The position numbers and the translations under genes were made by a program. This document shows positions 60,501 through 64,000 of a stretch of DNA of 64,000 nt, piece by piece. The notes under the pieces are model-generated. The model saw nothing but the letters and a program-made list of their open reading frames with translations, ran no database searches and had not been told where the DNA came from. Each line of letters starts with the position of its first letter. Position 1 is the first letter of the stretch. The DNA comes from Raillietiella orientalis. Its lineage: Eukaryota. The DNA is taken from the NCBI GenBank assembly GCA_036172245.1, contig JAYWIR010000002.1, positions 5,890,001 through 5,954,000 on the forward strand. The letters run 5' to 3'.

Positions 60501-62999
60501 GGAACCTCAGATCTTCTTTACTTAGCAAAGATAAAATCCAATGTCCCCGAAGAACGCGACAAATTTTTGCATTGTAACCAGCGTCCCAAAGCGTCTGGTA
60601 TCACGGATTTTGAAGGAACATTTTTCTGGAAATGACTCCATAATTTGGATTTCCAAGGTTGCTGGCAGGGAATACCACTTGCGGATTCATCCCAACCCCT
60701 TCTAACATTCCATAGAGAACTCCCAAAGGCCACCCACATCACTTCCATCAGCTGAAAATTCGTCGTCTTGTACGCTCTCTGCTTCCATATTTCCGTCATC
60801 CAAATTGTCTTCGTGGAATGAAAAACTCCTCCCAATCAGTTTCTCCTCTTTCGTAGGGTCCATTCAACTCTTCGAGTTCATTTTGTGTGAAAATATTATT
60901 ATGTAGGGGTCGTAGGCACGAATTCTTATGTGTAACTTAAAAGGTAACGTGGTGTCGTATACGACACGATCGGGAGGGTACAAAGTGAAGCAAAACCAAG
61001 CAATTAGCACGCGATTGCCACTGCGGAAATGCTGGAGGCTTGGCAACAGGTAGCTGGGACGGCGTGCTGGACCAGCGCTGACCATGGCAGAGAGTCCGCG
61101 CATTTTAGTTACTCCGCCACCCTTCTAGGGTTAATTCGTTTACTTCACAGGCAAACTACTGCAAAGCTGCAGGCCAGGGTTTCTCTTTTCGCGATGCTGG
61201 TTCGTCAAAATGACCGGGACGGCAAAGTGTCATCTGTTTTGCTACACCGCCTACCTGCAGCGATTGAGAGCGCGGCCAGGTGAGTTGCGTCCAATCGCCA
61301 AATAGCCCGTGCTTGCCAAAACCGTTCCACTGTATTATGGCTATTTATTCGTGTACAAGCAAGCAATTCGAATATGGACACATATATACGTGGATCTAAT
61401 CCGGGAAACTGTCAAAGGCTGCTTCCATCTCCCAGTGTCACTATACAACAAAGTGAAGTTGTACTTGAAAGACCAATACTCTCAGAATTGTTATTCAGTT
61501 CAGAGATGCCATTTCCACATTGCAGATGCGGATTTCATCTGCAACCTGTAAGTGTGCGAACGTAACAGAACTCTGGTTCCACCCCGACTGAAACCCATTT
61601 TCAACGACTCTTCGAGGGGGGAATTTGATAAAATCCTAATTTGCTATAATCATATAGTTTATACATATATGACCGGCATCGTGCTCTAATGTTGCCATCA
61701 CAGTTATTTCATTCATATAACTCCCCACCATGAATTTCGCCAGAATATTCATGTTCATTCGTTTTGATAGAGGCCAGCACGTGATGTCAACTGTTTAGCA
61801 TCTATAAATCATTTAGAAGGGAACATTTATCCACCTTTCCTTATTTACACTTTGCTTGCACACGGAGGAAAATTTTTGGCTACGGTTGCGTGAGCGCTCT
61901 GGGGATAAACTTGGCATTCAGTCTGGAACCGGGGGAAAAAAAAAGAGTTTGTGAAAAACAGCTGTGGGCCTGCGATCTCCTCCACGATCTAGGAAAACTG
62001 CTCTGGCTGATAGCATCTCGTAATCAGCCTCGAAAGATTTATTTTGCATGATCTGCAGGGCGTGGAAAGTCCGTTCGTCGAGACGGATCCAAGGAAAAAT
62101 CACCGAGCCTTTGGAAGCTTTGGATTCGTTTCGACCCCTCCGCTTCTCCAATGGACTTTTGCGTCCATATGTGGCCGTTGGGATGGAAAAGGTCGAACGC
62201 AGGGAAATAAACTGCGACCTAAGGTTTTGACCTTAAGTGAAGCTCGAAGTTCGGTTCCATCATCATCGCATTCCTAAGAGACCAGCCATTAGAGCCAGTA
62301 AGTACATCTCTCACGAGAACGAGCAGAGATGACACCTTGCTGTCATCATTGAAACAAAAGCCCTCAATTGTAGAAGGGGGTCCTTCAATTTTCCGCATCA
62401 GTTCATTTCACTCTTATCTTCGCAATCATCGGAAGTGCAAACGAATGAATAAGCTGCAGGATGTGAACCACCTGTCCCGCAGGGTTTCTCCCATTCCGTC
62501 GTCTGCCTTAACAACGTCCAAGATTGGAAAATGGCGGAGTTGGGATTCAAATGGAGGAGCTGTTACCGATAGCTCTATAATTTCTGCTCATGGAGCCTCG
62601 GTAGAAAGTTGTTCCCAAGGACTCATCTATGGAAAGTGCTTTGTCAAAGCCCTTCCCATAGATGCACTTCCCATATTCCAAGTGAAAAATGTTGGGCTGC
62701 TTTGGAGTTCAAATGCTTCGAGAGATCTACTGCAAAATGAAACGATGATGATAGTGCATAAGAATCCAAAACTGAAGCGGGAAACTTTTTTTTTTCTTTT
62801 CCTTTTTTATTTTTTCATTTGAAGGCAATGGCCAGATCACCTTTAGAAAGTATCGAATACACTTAAGGAAAATGGTCGTGATAATCTTGGATCGTCACTA
62901 AGGGGGGTTCGGCACCAAGAACTTCGTGACGGATGACGGTCTCGCTGGAGTACGTGCCCAGCTGCTGGTGCGAAAATCGCGATTCCTTCCTTATAAAGG

Positions 63000-63800
63000 C
63001 GCAGCAGTGGCTCCGTGAGATCCACAACGGCATTCCCGAATCCGGCGATAAAGGACGCAAGCGAACGGACTCGCTAAGGGCAATGAGGCCCACAAATAAG
63101 GAGGCAACGAAGTCCTCGTGCGAAGATCGAAACTTTGGGCATCTTTTGGTGCTGCCTCGATGAGGCTCATTTTGATGGCCGGCTCTTTACGATTGCAATC
63201 CTGCAGAAGGAAACCTCTCCGTTTTTGCGTCCTTGGTTTCGCGAAGAGGTTCCCATCCCAGCATGGCATGCTCTCGAAGTGATTTCGCATAGGTTCGGCC
63301 CTTCCTTCTTCTACCAGTTCGTGCCGAAGGCTGCGGAAAGACTGAAGCCCCCCGTCTTTCCGCTTGCCTTCTCCGATGGTCGCTGCAGCGGCCGTCGGAT
63401 GGAGGTCGCAGGGCAACACTCTTATGTGGAAATCATCTCGAAATTCGTAGTTCTTCGGCACCGCAGCTGGGCGCCAAGGACGAAGCGAAACGCTCAGGGA
63501 AGGAAGCCGCGAGAAGTCACCATTTTCACGTCTCACGAAAGGAGTTAGACGGGGACCTGAGACTCCGCCAAGAACAGTGAGACGCGCATTTCTAAATAGT
63601 CCATGAGAACGTTCTAAGTGTAGAGAACAGAACAAACTATCATTGTTTGGACGTAAACAGAACGAAACCGGGGCACTCTTTGGCAGAGCCCGAGGTGTTT
63701 ACTTGAGCCCTTTCGTAACAAAGTCAACAGGAAGATTTAGGTTCTGTGAAACTCTTACGCTTATTGCAAAATCACAGTACCTTCGGGCGCTGGAGAGGAG
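63000..63800 (-). mobile_element. Degenerate R2/NeSL-like RT C-terminal (thumb) remnant
   Basis: KGLK*TP (GL..NP-like), SLRPWR (S.L.PWQ-like) and KRKDGGL (K.GGLG-like) occur in the expected order in and around ORF 62991..63635. Confidence 0.45.
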
Positions 63801-64000
63801 CAGGGCTCCCCCATTCCTGGCGAAACTCGCATCTTCCGGTGGCATTCCTTTCTCGCAACCCGAGTGAGCCTGCGGCATCCATCCGTTCCCGAGACGCCCG
63901 CGTTTGCGGTCGGGACGCGCGCGACAGCTGCTGAACTCGGAAGTCTCTCGGTCACTCAGAAGGAGTGAGGAGATGCCGATAGCACGCCTGCTTGCTCCGA

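Noticed and set aside
1..64000. CRISPR arrays, prokaryotic defence systems, rRNA/snRNA genes, or a functional Argonaute-plus-RT module
   Set aside because: No regularly spaced repeats, operon structure or RNA-gene signatures were seen. The Argonaute and all RT or endonuclease pieces are independently decayed, so their proximity reflects TE density rather than a system.

Overview
This is eukaryotic, arthropod-like genomic DNA. I found no prokaryotic operons, CRISPR arrays, rRNA or clear tRNA genes. One intact protein-coding gene can be reconstructed: a five-exon tachykinin-receptor GPCR (TkR99D-like) on the minus strand, join(53004..52598, 49774..49559, 42359..42209, 42161..41965, 30214..30061), 1125 nt or 374 aa, with all introns GT-AG and phase-compatible. 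At 3.8-4.7 kb there is a decayed, 5'-truncated, intronless Argonaute (AGO-clade MID/PIWI) copy with an ATTAAA signal, an A14 tail and a candidate 8-bp target-site duplication, so it is probably a retrocopy. The rest is mostly old transposon debris: APE-type LINEs, several dispersed Utopia/NeSL/R2-like elements and a decayed Ty3/Gypsy element. Many of these calls rest on degenerate motifs read by eye and carry low confidence. The best leads are the Argonaute retrocopy, a possible in-frame sixth receptor exon behind the TGA stop, a 47-nt micro-intron and two perfect hairpins. I cannot support a new multi-gene system from this sequence.
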